Positions 36,517-45,721 are shown, counted from the first letter of the stretch. The stretch is 64,000 bases of DNA from Kiritimatiellia bacterium (GCA_045599105.1 JAZRVL010000036.1:10778-74777), one strand, 5' to 3'. The notes: a model not told the origin generated them from the letters alone. Made by a program: numbers and translations.

Positions 36517-36842
36517 TGTGAGTGAATTTCGAGTTTAAGGTTAAGTTTCTTTGGCGCATTAGGTAGGGTCATTAGTTTTGCTTTAATGCCACGCAGCTTA
36601 GGGTGCAACGCAAAAAACGCTGGAGCGCTTTTAACATAAAGAAAGATAATGCCATTTTCGTATCTTCCAGGGCGAAGCGCGAGATTAGGAAAAAGTTCCT
36701 GCCACTTATCGACGAGCGAGTCAAAAAAGTCGTTCTTCTCGCGCGTAAGATCCTTAAGTGCGCTTTCCACCGCTAACTTAAAAGCGTCAAATCTCCCTCG
36801 CTGCTCAATCCCCAGCGCAGTTCCATACAAATTTCTATCCAT
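36513..36842 (-). CDS. DUF721 (DciA-like) protein
   Basis: 109 aa. ...WQELFPNLALRPGRYENGIIFLYVKSAPAFFALHPKLRGIKAKL resembles the DUF721 family. Confidence 0.55.
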   Translation of the reverse strand: MDRNLYGTALGIEQRGRFDAFKLAVESALKDLTREKNDFFDSLVDKWQELFPNLALRPGRYENGIIFLYVKSAPAFFALHPKLRGIKAKLMTLPNAPKKLNLKLEIHSH

Positions 36843-36849
36843 CGTGCAT

Positions 36850-36899
36850 ATTATATCATATTATACGCTCACCCGCCAAAGCTGATAATATGATATAAT
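36850..36899. promoter_or_regulatory. Divergent pair of extended -10 promoters, each exactly 7 nt from its start codon
   Basis: Plus strand: TGATATAAT (hexamer 36894-36899), then atctcca, then the ATG of ydcF. Minus strand: TGATATAAT (complement of 36850-36855), then atgcacg, then the ATG of the DUF721 gene. Confidence 0.7.
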
Positions 36900-36906
36900 A
36901 TCTCCA

Positions 36907-37665
36907 ATGTATTACTTAAACAAAATCGTTGGCTTCGCACTAAGCCCTCTCGGCGTTGGCTTTATCGGCGCGCTTTTCATTTGGCTATTTTATCGCACTC
37001 ACCACCGCAAACTCGCCCGCACACTCGCCTGGGCTCTTGCCGTCTTCCTTTGGATTATCTCCATGGGCCTCACTACCCGCTATCTCGGCGCCCCCTTGGA
37101 ATACAATGTTGAGCAGTCCTCCTTCATTCCTAAATACTGCAGCGACTTCCGTGGCCTCCCTCAAGCCGACGCCATCTGCCTACTCGGCGGAGGCATCGGC
37201 TTTCACGAAAAGTGCCACACTCCCGAGCTCTTCTCCGCTGGCGACCGCGTCCTACATGCTGCGCGTCTCTATCGCGCTGGTCTTGCCCCCAAAATCATTT
37301 GCACCAGCAAACATACCTCCCTTTCCACCGCCCCTATCTTAGCGGAGCTCGGCGTCAAACCTGCCGACATCATTTGCCTTGAAGAGCCACGCAACACCGA
37401 GGAGGAGTCCAAAGCCATCCACACCCTCGGGGTCAAACGCATTCTCTTAGTCACTAGCGCTTGGCACATGAAACGCTCCAAATCGCTCTTTGAAAGTGTG
37501 GGCTTTGAGATTATTGAAGCGCCCACTGACTATGAAATGTCGATGGTCGCTGAAGCTGAGATAAGACTTGGCGACTTCTTCCCGAGCGCTGATGCGCTTG
37601 CCCGCAACAGTTACGCGCTTAAGGAATGGATTGCGCGCTTTGGATATTGGGCGATTGGCAAGTAG
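36907..37665 (+). CDS. YdcF/ElyC (DUF218) family protein
   Basis: ADAICLLGGGIG and ILLVTSAWHMKRS motifs with two N-terminal TM helices. Confidence 0.85.
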   Translation: MYYLNKIVGFALSPLGVGFIGALFIWLFYRTHHRKLARTLAWALAVFLWIISMGLTTRYLGAPLEYNVEQSSFIPKYCSDFRGLPQADAICLLGGGIGFHEKCHTPELFSAGDRVLHAARLYRAGLAPKIICTSKHTSLSTAPILAELGVKPADIICLEEPRNTEEESKAIHTLGVKRILLVTSAWHMKRSKSLFESVGFEIIEAPTDYEMSMVAEAEIRLGDFFPSADALARNSYALKEWIARFGYWAIGK

Positions 37666-37666
37666 C

Positions 37667-38803
37667 TTACTTCGCCTTCATCTGTAGCCACGCTTCGATG
37701 AATGGCTGAAGTTGTCCGTCCATCACTGCATTCACGTCACTCGTCTCGCATTCCGTACGTAGGTCCTTAACCATCGTATATGGACAAAAGACGTACGAGC
37801 GAATTTGACTTCCCCACCCGTTCTCGCTTTTCGCTCCATAAAAGCGATCCATTTCTGCCTTCTTTTGGTCTTCGTAATATTCGTACAGTTGCGCCCGTAG
37901 CATATTCATCGCTTTTTCTTTGTTCATATGTTGCGAACGTTCCTTTTGACACGCTACCACAATACCAGTCGGTAAGTGCGTTAAGCGCACCGCGCTATCG
38001 GTTTTGTTGACGTGTTGTCCGCCGGCTCCACCCGAGCGATAGGTATCAATGCGCAAATCCTCGTCTTTGATTTCCACATCAATATCGTCGTTAATCTCCG
38101 CGACTGTTTCCATCGAAGCAAAACTCGTTTGGCGGCGCTTATTGGAGTCAAATGGCGAGATGCGTACAAGGCGATGAATACCGCGTTCTGCTTTAAGCAT
38201 TCCAAAAGCGTATGACCCTTCAACCCGGAAATAAACGTCTTTTAGTCCTGCCTCTTCCCCTATCTGGCTATCGTACTCTTCGATTTTCCAACCTTGGCTT
38301 TCGGCATAACGTTTATACATACGATACAGCATCGCCACCCAATCGCACGCTTCAGTGCCGCCCTGGCCAGCATGAAGTTTAACAAAAACGTTGCATTGGT
38401 CGAACTTACCGCCCAAAAGCGACTGGAGGCGCAGTTTATGAAAAAACTCATCGGCCTTGGCACACTCGCCCAAGGCGTCTTTAAATGCAGCTTGCTGGGC
38501 GCTTCCCTCTTCCATTTCTGCAAGCTCCAGCATAACACCGGCGTCTTCCACAGTTTTGAGGAGCGAGTCGTACGGCAAGACGTATGCACGTTCGGCATTA
38601 GTTTGGGCGATAGTTTCCTGGGCGGATTTTTGGTTATTCCAGAAATCCGCGGATGCTTGTTTTGCTTCAAGTTCTGCGAGTTTACTACGTCGCGAGTCGA
38701 TTTTAATATACTCGGCCATTTCTGCGACTTTAGTTTTAAGTTCGTCAATTCGTTGCCGAACTTCCTCGTTCTCAATCAATTTCTCTTTCGCCTCTTCCGC
38801 CAT
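37667..38803 (-). CDS. prfB: Peptide chain release factor 2, single uninterrupted frame
   Basis: SPF tripeptide (RISPFDS) and GGQ (SGGAGGQHVN). The N-terminal region aligns in-frame across the position of the E. coli frameshift site. Confidence 0.93.
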   Translation of the reverse strand: MAEEAKEKLIENEEVRQRIDELKTKVAEMAEYIKIDSRRSKLAELEAKQASADFWNNQKSAQETIAQTNAERAYVLPYDSLLKTVEDAGVMLELAEMEEGSAQQAAFKDALGECAKADEFFHKLRLQSLLGGKFDQCNVFVKLHAGQGGTEACDWVAMLYRMYKRYAESQGWKIEEYDSQIGEEAGLKDVYFRVEGSYAFGMLKAERGIHRLVRISPFDSNKRRQTSFASMETVAEINDDIDVEIKDEDLRIDTYRSGGAGGQHVNKTDSAVRLTHLPTGIVVACQKERSQHMNKEKAMNMLRAQLYEYYEDQKKAEMDRFYGAKSENGWGSQIRSYVFCPYTMVKDLRTECETSDVNAVMDGQLQPFIEAWLQMKAK

Positions 38804-38813
38804 AGGGCGTATA

Positions 38814-39824
38814 TTATATCACATTCTCTACGAGCGAGCATAGTTCAAACACCTTCTCCACCCAACTCTCCACACTATACCTTACTGCGAGTCTCCTCAC
38901 CCTTTCTCCCTCCGCACGCCTCTCCTCCTCACTCATACCATGCACCCGCACCATTGTCTCAGCCAATTCACATACACATCCCGCCTTAAACACGAACGTA
39001 GGATTCATATCCGCAACAATTCCGCACACATTACTGGCGATCGTACAAATTCCCGCGCTCATTGCCTCCGCCACAACAACCCCCCACGGCTCCCATTTAC
39101 TCGGCAACACAAGACACGCATGCTCACACATCACTTGTGGCACATCCTTTGGATTAACGAAATTCTTTCCGCCGACAATATCCAATTTCCACGGCTTTTC
39201 AACCTTGCCACAATAAATCTCATACGCCTTCTTTAAAATCGTCAACCCCTTTTCTGGCACATCTCTCCCGACGAACAAAAACCCATCCTTCTGCACTCTT
39301 TCATCTCCCCCTCGCGCAAATCGCTCCCACCCACTTGAATTCATTCCTTCCACGACTCGTCCCTTGAATCCTAAAAACTCCGCATACTTCCGTGCCGCTT
39401 TCCCTGGCACGAATGCCACATCGAACTTTCTCAAATATGGCCAAAGCAATATCTTCGCAAAAAGTTTCCTAATTGGCTTCTCCCATGGCATATCAAGTGC
39501 GAGCACCTTGCGCCCAGGAATCTCGGCCTTGCCTACCGCCTTACAAAACGGCGTCCCCCAACCGCATACAATTGTCACTTCTGGCTCAAACTTCCTAATT
39601 TCCTCAATCGCCCGATTGCTTTCCGCCTTTAGCTGCAAGCCCTTAATCTTCACCACCTCTACTCCCTGCGGACATTCAAATCCCTGGTCATAAACACTTC
39701 GCTCCACATAAACCCTAAGTTGGACCCTTTCCGAAAGTCGCTTCCAACATTCGCTTAAATGCCCAGTTAGTCCTGGCCAAACGATAGCAATTTTCTTCAT
39801 CGGTTTTTCAGCTCCACCATCCAA
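38814..39824 (-). CDS. GT4-family glycosyltransferase
   Basis: LPSKWEPWGVVVAEAMSAGICTIAS (E-x7-E region). Confidence 0.8.
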   Translation of the reverse strand: MDGGAEKPMKKIAIVWPGLTGHLSECWKRLSERVQLRVYVERSVYDQGFECPQGVEVVKIKGLQLKAESNRAIEEIRKFEPEVTIVCGWGTPFCKAVGKAEIPGRKVLALDMPWEKPIRKLFAKILLWPYLRKFDVAFVPGKAARKYAEFLGFKGRVVEGMNSSGWERFARGGDERVQKDGFLFVGRDVPEKGLTILKKAYEIYCGKVEKPWKLDIVGGKNFVNPKDVPQVMCEHACLVLPSKWEPWGVVVAEAMSAGICTIASNVCGIVADMNPTFVFKAGCVCELAETMVRVHGMSEEERRAEGERVRRLAVRYSVESWVEKVFELCSLVENVI

Positions 39825-40447
39825 TTAACGAGCCGCCCCAATCCATGCCACGAAAACCACTTTGCGATTCGACGCTGTGCAGAGATCCAACTAAGGGCAT
39901 AATGGTGAATGGCACGCGTCTTTGCGGTTTGATGGAGCTTATGCTCCCAATCGTACGGACACATCACCTCTGGTTCAAGCACCTTGATTTCAATCCCATT
40001 TTTACTCATCAAATCTCCGACTGTCGTTTTCCCATCAAAATCTTCCGCTTGATAGATTTCAAGCATTTTCTTTGCTACTTTACTTCCTTTTTCAAGTGCA
40101 ATTCCCGCTCCTGGTGCAGGTCCTACCCCTCCGAACTTAAGCCACTCTCCTGCGCACCACTCGCCTGCTGGTGGATTAAATGGCGCGATTAGCTCAAGAT
40201 CATAGTCGAAATATACTCCGCCCTCGCGCTCCAGCACCACAAATCGAAAGTAGTCGCTCGCAAACGCCCACTTCTTTGTTCGAATAGCTTCTTTTACGAA
40301 CTTTGGTGCATTATGCTCATCAATTTCAAGCTCATTATGTTCAACGATTTTCCAATCCGGGGCATACTGTTTCCAGCTTGCGAGACACCTCGTTGCGAGT
40401 TTGGTTTTTTTACCCCCAAGCCAAATCGCATGGATTATCTTTTCCAT
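39797..40447 (-). CDS. GT32-like glycosyltransferase (sugar-binding DXD type)
   Basis: IIHAIWLGGKK start and WAFASDYFRFVVL motif. Confidence 0.6.
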   Translation of the reverse strand: MEKIIHAIWLGGKKTKLATRCLASWKQYAPDWKIVEHNELEIDEHNAPKFVKEAIRTKKWAFASDYFRFVVLEREGGVYFDYDLELIAPFNPPAGEWCAGEWLKFGGVGPAPGAGIALEKGSKVAKKMLEIYQAEDFDGKTTVGDLMSKNGIEIKVLEPEVMCPYDWEHKLHQTAKTRAIHHYALSWISAQRRIAKWFSWHGLGRLVNWMVELKNR

Positions 40448-41259
40448 ATTGCTCCCGTTAAAAATCGTGCCGTGCAGCGGATCTTATCAAACAGCGTGAA
40501 ATCGCCCGACCCCCAAGTCTCCTTAAGTAGGGTTCCAAGATACCTACAAATAAACTCCTGTGCATACTCTGCTTCTGCGCCCTTCTTTAGTCGTCGCCAC
40601 ATCCAAAACATATTGAGTCCTGCACCCCAAATCATTTTACCGCGATACTCGCGTGGCGATGCTTCTATCTGCCGACGCTGGACCTCAAAGTCTATAAAAA
40701 CCTGACCAGTCTTTTGTGTATTAACCAAGCTCTTCTCATTTCGAAGATAGCGGTAGAGTTTTTGGGGGATATACGTACAGCTTTTTGCTTTAACGATTAC
40801 CTGCGTAAAGATGAGATAATCCTCTGCTGTACGTACGCTCTCATCAAACTGAAGTCCCTCCCAAAGTTCCCGTTTCGTCACATAGAGCCAAAGTGCGCTT
40901 GGTCGGGTGATATCACGAAAGACATCCCTTTTTAGTCGCTCAATCGTTGCATACCTCTTTTTGACACCCCAAACATAATCCGCTCGTCCGCTCCACCCCA
41001 CGAGTTTTGCGTCAAAGGTGATGACATCGGGATGGAATTGGTCGATAGTGTTTAAGATTTCGTCCAAATAGTCATTAGTGATTTCGTCATCGCTATCGAT
41101 CCAAGCGATGTACTCGCCATGGGCCTTGCTTATACCCTCGTTTCTCGCGCGCCCGACGGGGCTTACGCCCTTAACCACGACGAGTTCAACTTCCTTATGC
41201 TCAGGTATTTGTGCATGAATTATGCCGTCGATTGTTGGGACTATAATTGAAAGCTTCAT
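40435..41259 (-). CDS. GT2-family glycosyltransferase
   Basis: LSIIVPT, GRARNEGI and IAWIDSDDE (DxD). Confidence 0.82.
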   Translation of the reverse strand: MKLSIIVPTIDGIIHAQIPEHKEVELVVVKGVSPVGRARNEGISKAHGEYIAWIDSDDEITNDYLDEILNTIDQFHPDVITFDAKLVGWSGRADYVWGVKKRYATIERLKRDVFRDITRPSALWLYVTKRELWEGLQFDESVRTAEDYLIFTQVIVKAKSCTYIPQKLYRYLRNEKSLVNTQKTGQVFIDFEVQRRQIEASPREYRGKMIWGAGLNMFWMWRRLKKGAEAEYAQEFICRYLGTLLKETWGSGDFTLFDKIRCTARFLTGAIWKR

Positions 41260-41371
41260 CTCTCAAAAGTATTATACCATAAATCTCCCTCACCCCGCTC
41301 GCACTGCGCCGAAACAGTGATAATCGACACCCTCATACCGATAATATCATATCACATATAGCACGAGAATA

Positions 41372-42583
41372 CTAATACAAGAACCCGAAGAGCCAAAGCG
41401 GAATCTTATTGCCAACGCCGCGCTCGACTCCATCATTGACAACAAAGCTATTAGGAATATCCGCAATCTGGTTGAAGCCCTTCTTTGGCCCTCCAACCTC
41501 GAAATGAAGCTTCTCATCAACCAGAAAGTCGCCGACCCCCGAGAAGACCACCTCGTGATCCTTACGCACTTGATTGAAGAAAAACGTCTCGCACGCCGTT
41601 CCGCTATTGATGCGCGGCGAAAGCGCATACATGAGATTCGTGTTATCGCAATAAATCTTTTCCGGTTTCGAGAGATTCTTAAGCGTCTCGCCCTTCGGCG
41701 GCACCAGCGAGAGAAGTCCGCCTTGATCAAGCATCGACAAAATCTTAAGCCCCGTATTACGCTCGGTCTCGAGCTCGCGATACAAGGCGGACATGTTCGG
41801 TTGCTGCGGACAACTCGCCGCAAGCACCATCAGCATCTTCTTCGCCTTGCGCACGGTCTCAATCGACACATCCGCAATCGCTGGCCAATCGCTTTCGAGC
41901 ACTTTGTTGACAACTTCGACAATTCGCTGCTCGTAGAGGGCATGTGACTCCTTGTAGAACGGATAATACCCCTTCCTCAGATACGCCTCGAAATACGGAA
42001 GTATCTTCACCTTTTCGACGATTCGCGAGGCAATCTGCCGATGATTCGCGACAATCTCTTCGATCGAAAGCGCGGTAAAATCCTCCGCCCCTTCAAACGT
42101 CAAATACTCGCGTAGCGACAGTCCCTTCAATGTATAAACCGCTTGACGACGCGAAAGATCGCCCTTGGACGTCTCGAGTTTCAAAAGCGACGATCCGGAA
42201 TAAACGAAGTTCAAATCCGGAAACTGATCATATAGATTCTTGATGAGAATCGACCAATTCGCCCCAAAGTGATGCACCTCGTCAAGAAAGACGTGTGTAT
42301 ATCCGTGGGACGAGAAGTATTCGACTGCGTCTCTCACGCGATGCGTCACGAACCACAAGTCGTCCAAACTGAGATAAACCGCCTTCCCATCCGCACCAAA
42401 CGCCTCCTTGATGCGCTGACGCATTAACGTCGTCTTGCCGGTTCCCCTTGCGCCCTTGATACAAATCAATCGATCCCGCCAATCGATTTCAGTGGAAAGA
42501 TAACGATGGAAATCTATCTTCGTCGCCTCTACGAGACGATCCGAAGTGTCGAGCATCTCCTGTATTTCATCATTTGAAATCAT
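41372..42583 (-). CDS. AAA+ ATPase (AAA_14-type) with C-terminal nuclease-like module
   Basis: Walker A IKGARGTGKTT and Walker B VFLDEVH. C-terminal GDFLVDEKLHFEVGGPKK. ATG 42583 behind GGAGG is preferred over the track's TTG 42610. Confidence 0.75.
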   Translation of the reverse strand: MISNDEIQEMLDTSDRLVEATKIDFHRYLSTEIDWRDRLICIKGARGTGKTTLMRQRIKEAFGADGKAVYLSLDDLWFVTHRVRDAVEYFSSHGYTHVFLDEVHHFGANWSILIKNLYDQFPDLNFVYSGSSLLKLETSKGDLSRRQAVYTLKGLSLREYLTFEGAEDFTALSIEEIVANHRQIASRIVEKVKILPYFEAYLRKGYYPFYKESHALYEQRIVEVVNKVLESDWPAIADVSIETVRKAKKMLMVLAASCPQQPNMSALYRELETERNTGLKILSMLDQGGLLSLVPPKGETLKNLSKPEKIYCDNTNLMYALSPRINSGTACETFFFNQVRKDHEVVFSGVGDFLVDEKLHFEVGGPKKGFNQIADIPNSFVVNDGVERGVGNKIPLWLFGFLY

Positions 42584-42651
42584 CTTTTCGCCTCCATTCT
42601 CGTTATTCAAATAACGAACTTTACCTATCTTTTGGTAATTTCAATAATGAA

Positions 42652-42680
42652 ATTGTACCACATCCCCTCTTCCCCGTCAA
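42652..42680 (-). promoter_or_regulatory. Near-consensus sigma-70 promoter (cassette copy A) for ATPase 1
   Basis: Minus strand: TTGACG (complement of 42675-42680), a 17-nt spacer ending in TGG, then TACAAT (complement of 42652-42657). About 80 percent identical over ~75 nt to copy B. Confidence 0.7.
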
Positions 42681-42735
42681 CCTCCCTCCCACAGGTGCGA
42701 AGCACCCCGCTCGCAATGCGCCCGCATGTCTAGCC

Positions 42736-42930
42736 GAGATAACAGAGCCACGAAGACTTGTCTCAAATAGCCGCCGAGCGCAGCGAGGGCCGAGTGCAAC
42801 GAGGGGATAGCCAAGTCGAAGACGAGTGCCGAGTGCGTTGCGACCTAAAGCAACTTGTTGCCGCGTAAAACTCTACAAGCAGGAGCAACAGCGGTACCGT
42901 TGAGCAACGTCTAAGTGGCTCTGTTATCTC
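42736..42930. repeat. Element E1: perfect 16-bp inverted repeats flanking 163 bp
   Basis: GAGATAACAGAGCCAC (42736-42751) pairs with GTGGCTCTGTTATCTC (42915-42930). A collapsed partial copy lies at 50647-50715. Confidence 0.8.
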
Positions 42931-42967
42931 AGCGAGCGAGCATCGCTTCACTCACTCCTTCGCCCTC

Positions 42968-44176
42968 TCACATCCTCCCATCCAAACTCTTGCCTTTTTC
43001 AATGTGGCGAAAATTCCCCAAATACCGCCCCAGCGCCTTGACGACATCTTCCTTCTTCGCTCCCGCGCGATCAAACACCTCGCGCAACTCCCTAAATATC
43101 GCCTCTACCTCACCAATTGATGGCCGCTTCGCATTCTTCACTGTGCCCAAATTGACGAACTTCGTTTCGTCCTTAACATCCGTATCCGTATAAAACTCCT
43201 CAAACGTCTTCTCTCCGCTCGTATCACTCTCGAAAAACTCAACTGGATATCCTTGCGCCAAATCCCTCATTCCCGCTTTCGCCTCCGCCGTCGAATGACA
43301 CTCCTTGCACCCAAGCCCCATATCAGTTAACATATCCCTTACGACAATATCAAATGGAATCATATCCCGCTTCTCATCCAACTTCGGATAAACAATGTCC
43401 CCACTTTCCGCAACCACGCTCGCAATGAGGCACAGCTCTCCCGACTCAATCGGCGAAACGAAAAATCGACGAATCCCCAATGGACAACTCAAAGGTTGCT
43501 TCTTGGCGATGCGATTGAGCCACCCGAGCGGCAACGAGCCATTGGAAAACGCCACATTCGCAAAGCGCGCAGTTTTGATCGGCAGCTTATCCGCATACGC
43601 CATAATCGTCTCTTCCATCAGCTTCTTCGTCGCGCCCATCACATTTACCGGATTTGCCGCCTTGTCAGTGGAAACACAAAAGAACGCCTTTGGCGGCATC
43701 ACCAACAACAAGTCCAGCAGCTTCTTCGCCATAAAGACATTCGTCTCGCACATCGCTTCAATGGAGTGGATATCCCGCTCCGCACGCACATGCTTACGCG
43801 CGGCGAAATTAGCAACGATGTCAAACGGACCATGCGACTTAAAGAACTTCTCAAACAATTCACTCCCCAAATCAATCGGCTCAGTTACATACTCATCAGG
43901 AATATTGTACCCCTCACTCGCCCTCAGCTCCCGCGTGAGTTCTGTCAATTGATTCTCGTCAATATCAACAACATACATCGCTGCTGGCTTAAACTTAAGC
44001 GCCGCCTTAACGTAATTAGACCCAATCGTCCCCGCCCCGCCAATTACGAGTATCTTCTTCCCGTCTATTGCCGCATGTAGTTCCCTGTCATACCGCTCAA
44101 AGTCCGCCTTAAGTAGCGACTCCGCTCGCTTGGTCATAAACTTTCTAACGAATCGCTCAATCTCAAAATCTATCAT
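42968..44176 (-). CDS. Polysaccharide biosynthesis protein CapD/PglF-like (soluble NDP-sugar 4,6-dehydratase type)
   Basis: VIGGAGTIGS Rossmann motif and STDKAANPVNVMGATKKL signature. Confidence 0.85.
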   Translation of the reverse strand: MIDFEIERFVRKFMTKRAESLLKADFERYDRELHAAIDGKKILVIGGAGTIGSNYVKAALKFKPAAMYVVDIDENQLTELTRELRASEGYNIPDEYVTEPIDLGSELFEKFFKSHGPFDIVANFAARKHVRAERDIHSIEAMCETNVFMAKKLLDLLLVMPPKAFFCVSTDKAANPVNVMGATKKLMEETIMAYADKLPIKTARFANVAFSNGSLPLGWLNRIAKKQPLSCPLGIRRFFVSPIESGELCLIASVVAESGDIVYPKLDEKRDMIPFDIVVRDMLTDMGLGCKECHSTAEAKAGMRDLAQGYPVEFFESDTSGEKTFEEFYTDTDVKDETKFVNLGTVKNAKRPSIGEVEAIFRELREVFDRAGAKKEDVVKALGRYLGNFRHIEKGKSLDGRM

Positions 44177-44196
44177 CTCTTACCTCCACTTTATCT

Positions 44197-44859
44197 TTAG
44201 ACCTTTCTCTCTGGCAATCCCTTGAACCATTTTTCCACTAAATTGGCCTTGGGAAACACTACTGACCATGCCGTAAGAAAGATAAGCTTAAAGTCCGTCC
44301 AAAAGTTGATATGCTCTAAATAATACATCTCCAACGCCCCTTTATAGGGTGCTATCACCTTGGCGTAACACTCCTCGGGCGAAAGTTTTGATTCGGTAAT
44401 GATTGTCTCTTCGTCGCGAAACACCACACTCCCCAGTCCCGTAAGCCCTGGACGCACACTATAGATTTTCGCTTTCACTTCATCGGAATATGGCGCAAAG
44501 GTCTTGTCCACGAGTGGACGCGGCCCCACGATTGACATATCCCCCAAAAAGATATTGAAGATTTGCGGGATCTCATTAATCTTCGTTTTGCGAAGAAACT
44601 TGCCAAATGGGAGGACGCGCGGATCTCCATGCGTCGTATGCAAGCCCCCCGTCATATTTGGTGAATTTAAAAGCATCGTTGCAAACTTCCAAATTTTGAA
44701 CTTCTGATTGTTAAGCCCAATACGCGTTTGCCCGTAAAATATGTAGTGTTCTCCCGTACACTTCAAGATGATCATAATCGGCACTAAAAGTGGCGAAAGT
44801 ACCACTATCGCTAATCCACTAAGGACTATATCCAAAAACCGTTTAACTATCTTATACAT
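44197..44859 (-). CDS. Small polyprenyl-phosphate sugar-phosphate transferase (PglC/WbaP C-terminal type)
   Basis: KIWKFATM, DPRVLPFGKFLRKTKINEIPQ and GDMSIVGPRP motifs. Confidence 0.9.
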   Translation of the reverse strand: MYKIVKRFLDIVLSGLAIVVLSPLLVPIMIILKCTGEHYIFYGQTRIGLNNQKFKIWKFATMLLNSPNMTGGLHTTHGDPRVLPFGKFLRKTKINEIPQIFNIFLGDMSIVGPRPLVDKTFAPYSDEVKAKIYSVRPGLTGLGSVVFRDEETIITESKLSPEECYAKVIAPYKGALEMYYLEHINFWTDFKLIFLTAWSVVFPKANLVEKWFKGLPERKV

Positions 44860-45721
44860 TGTCTATTCTCCTAAACTCTTCCAGTGTCGCTTTCATCCCT
44901 TCTTCCGCCCCAATTGGCATCTTCTCCCACCCTAATGCGGCTTTAAGGCGAGAATTATCGACAAAACTATTTTCCGTAAGCTTGCCGAGCCGCTCGCTAT
45001 TAAGCGGCAAACATAGCACATCTCCCACCTTAGCCATCACCCTTACAAGGCACTTCGAAAGATGCCAAAGCTGCGCCTTCCTCCCGCACACCCCAGCGAT
45101 AAGCTCGACAATCCGATTAGTGGACAGTGTCTCATCATCCGCGATTTCATATATCCCGTTCGAAATCCCCTGCCGAATGATTGTCTCCACTGCCGCTGAA
45201 ATATTGTCAATCGAAGTAAAACTTCTCTGATTATCAAATGCCGCCAGTGGCCATGGCAATCCCCGCTTCGCGATTCCCCAAAGGAGATTCAAATTCCCCT
45301 TGTTCCCTGGTCCATGTATCATCGCTGGCCTAAGGACAATCGCCCGTCCATTCAAATACTCTTCTGCGGCGAATTTACTCCGCCCGTAAGCATTACCATC
45401 GGCGCTCGCCTTGGAAGAAGAAAAGTAGATAAAGCGCGTCGTCGCGCCCGAAGCGCTCAAACTTTCGAAAAGCTTTTGCGTCAGCCCAACATTGATGTCA
45501 AAATAACTCTTCTCGTCCGCGACCTTCTTTAGATCATGCGCCTTGCCTGCGAGATGCACTACTGCCGAAATATCTCCCCAGGGAATCTTATCTAATTCAT
45601 TCCAATTATAATCCGCATTCGCAATATCCAACTTAAGGCACTCTATTGCTCGCGCCTCTAAATACTTCCTGAGGTTCGTCCCTACGAACCCATTCGCTCC
45701 ACTAATCAATACTTTCTTCAT
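44852..45721 (-). CDS. NAD-dependent epimerase/dehydratase family protein
   Basis: ISGANGFVGTNL Rossmann motif and a Y-x3-K motif (YGRSK). Confidence 0.82.
   Translation of the reverse strand: MKKVLISGANGFVGTNLRKYLEARAIECLKLDIANADYNWNELDKIPWGDISAVVHLAGKAHDLKKVADEKSYFDINVGLTQKLFESLSASGATTRFIYFSSSKASADGNAYGRSKFAAEEYLNGRAIVLRPAMIHGPGNKGNLNLLWGIAKRGLPWPLAAFDNQRSFTSIDNISAAVETIIRQGISNGIYEIADDETLSTNRIVELIAGVCGRKAQLWHLSKCLVRVMAKVGDVLCLPLNSERLGKLTENSFVDNSRLKAALGWEKMPIGAEEGMKATLEEFRRIDNV

Noticed and set aside
37667-38803. Expected programmed +1 frameshift in prfB
   Set aside because: The RF2 reading frame is continuous from ATG 38803 through the region that aligns with the E. coli CUU-UGA site. No in-frame stop is present. 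The alternative-frame ORF 38260..38775 is a shadow ORF.
41347-41823. 158-aa Arg-rich minus-strand ORF
   Set aside because: It is an alternative frame inside the ATPase 1 gene. Its low-complexity Arg/Ser composition is typical of out-of-frame translation.
42574-42951. Small ORFs 42574..42810 (+) and 42763..42951 (-) inside the repeat region
   Set aside because: They span promoter-cassette and IR sequences, have no RBS, and have low-complexity products. They are better explained as non-coding repeat DNA.
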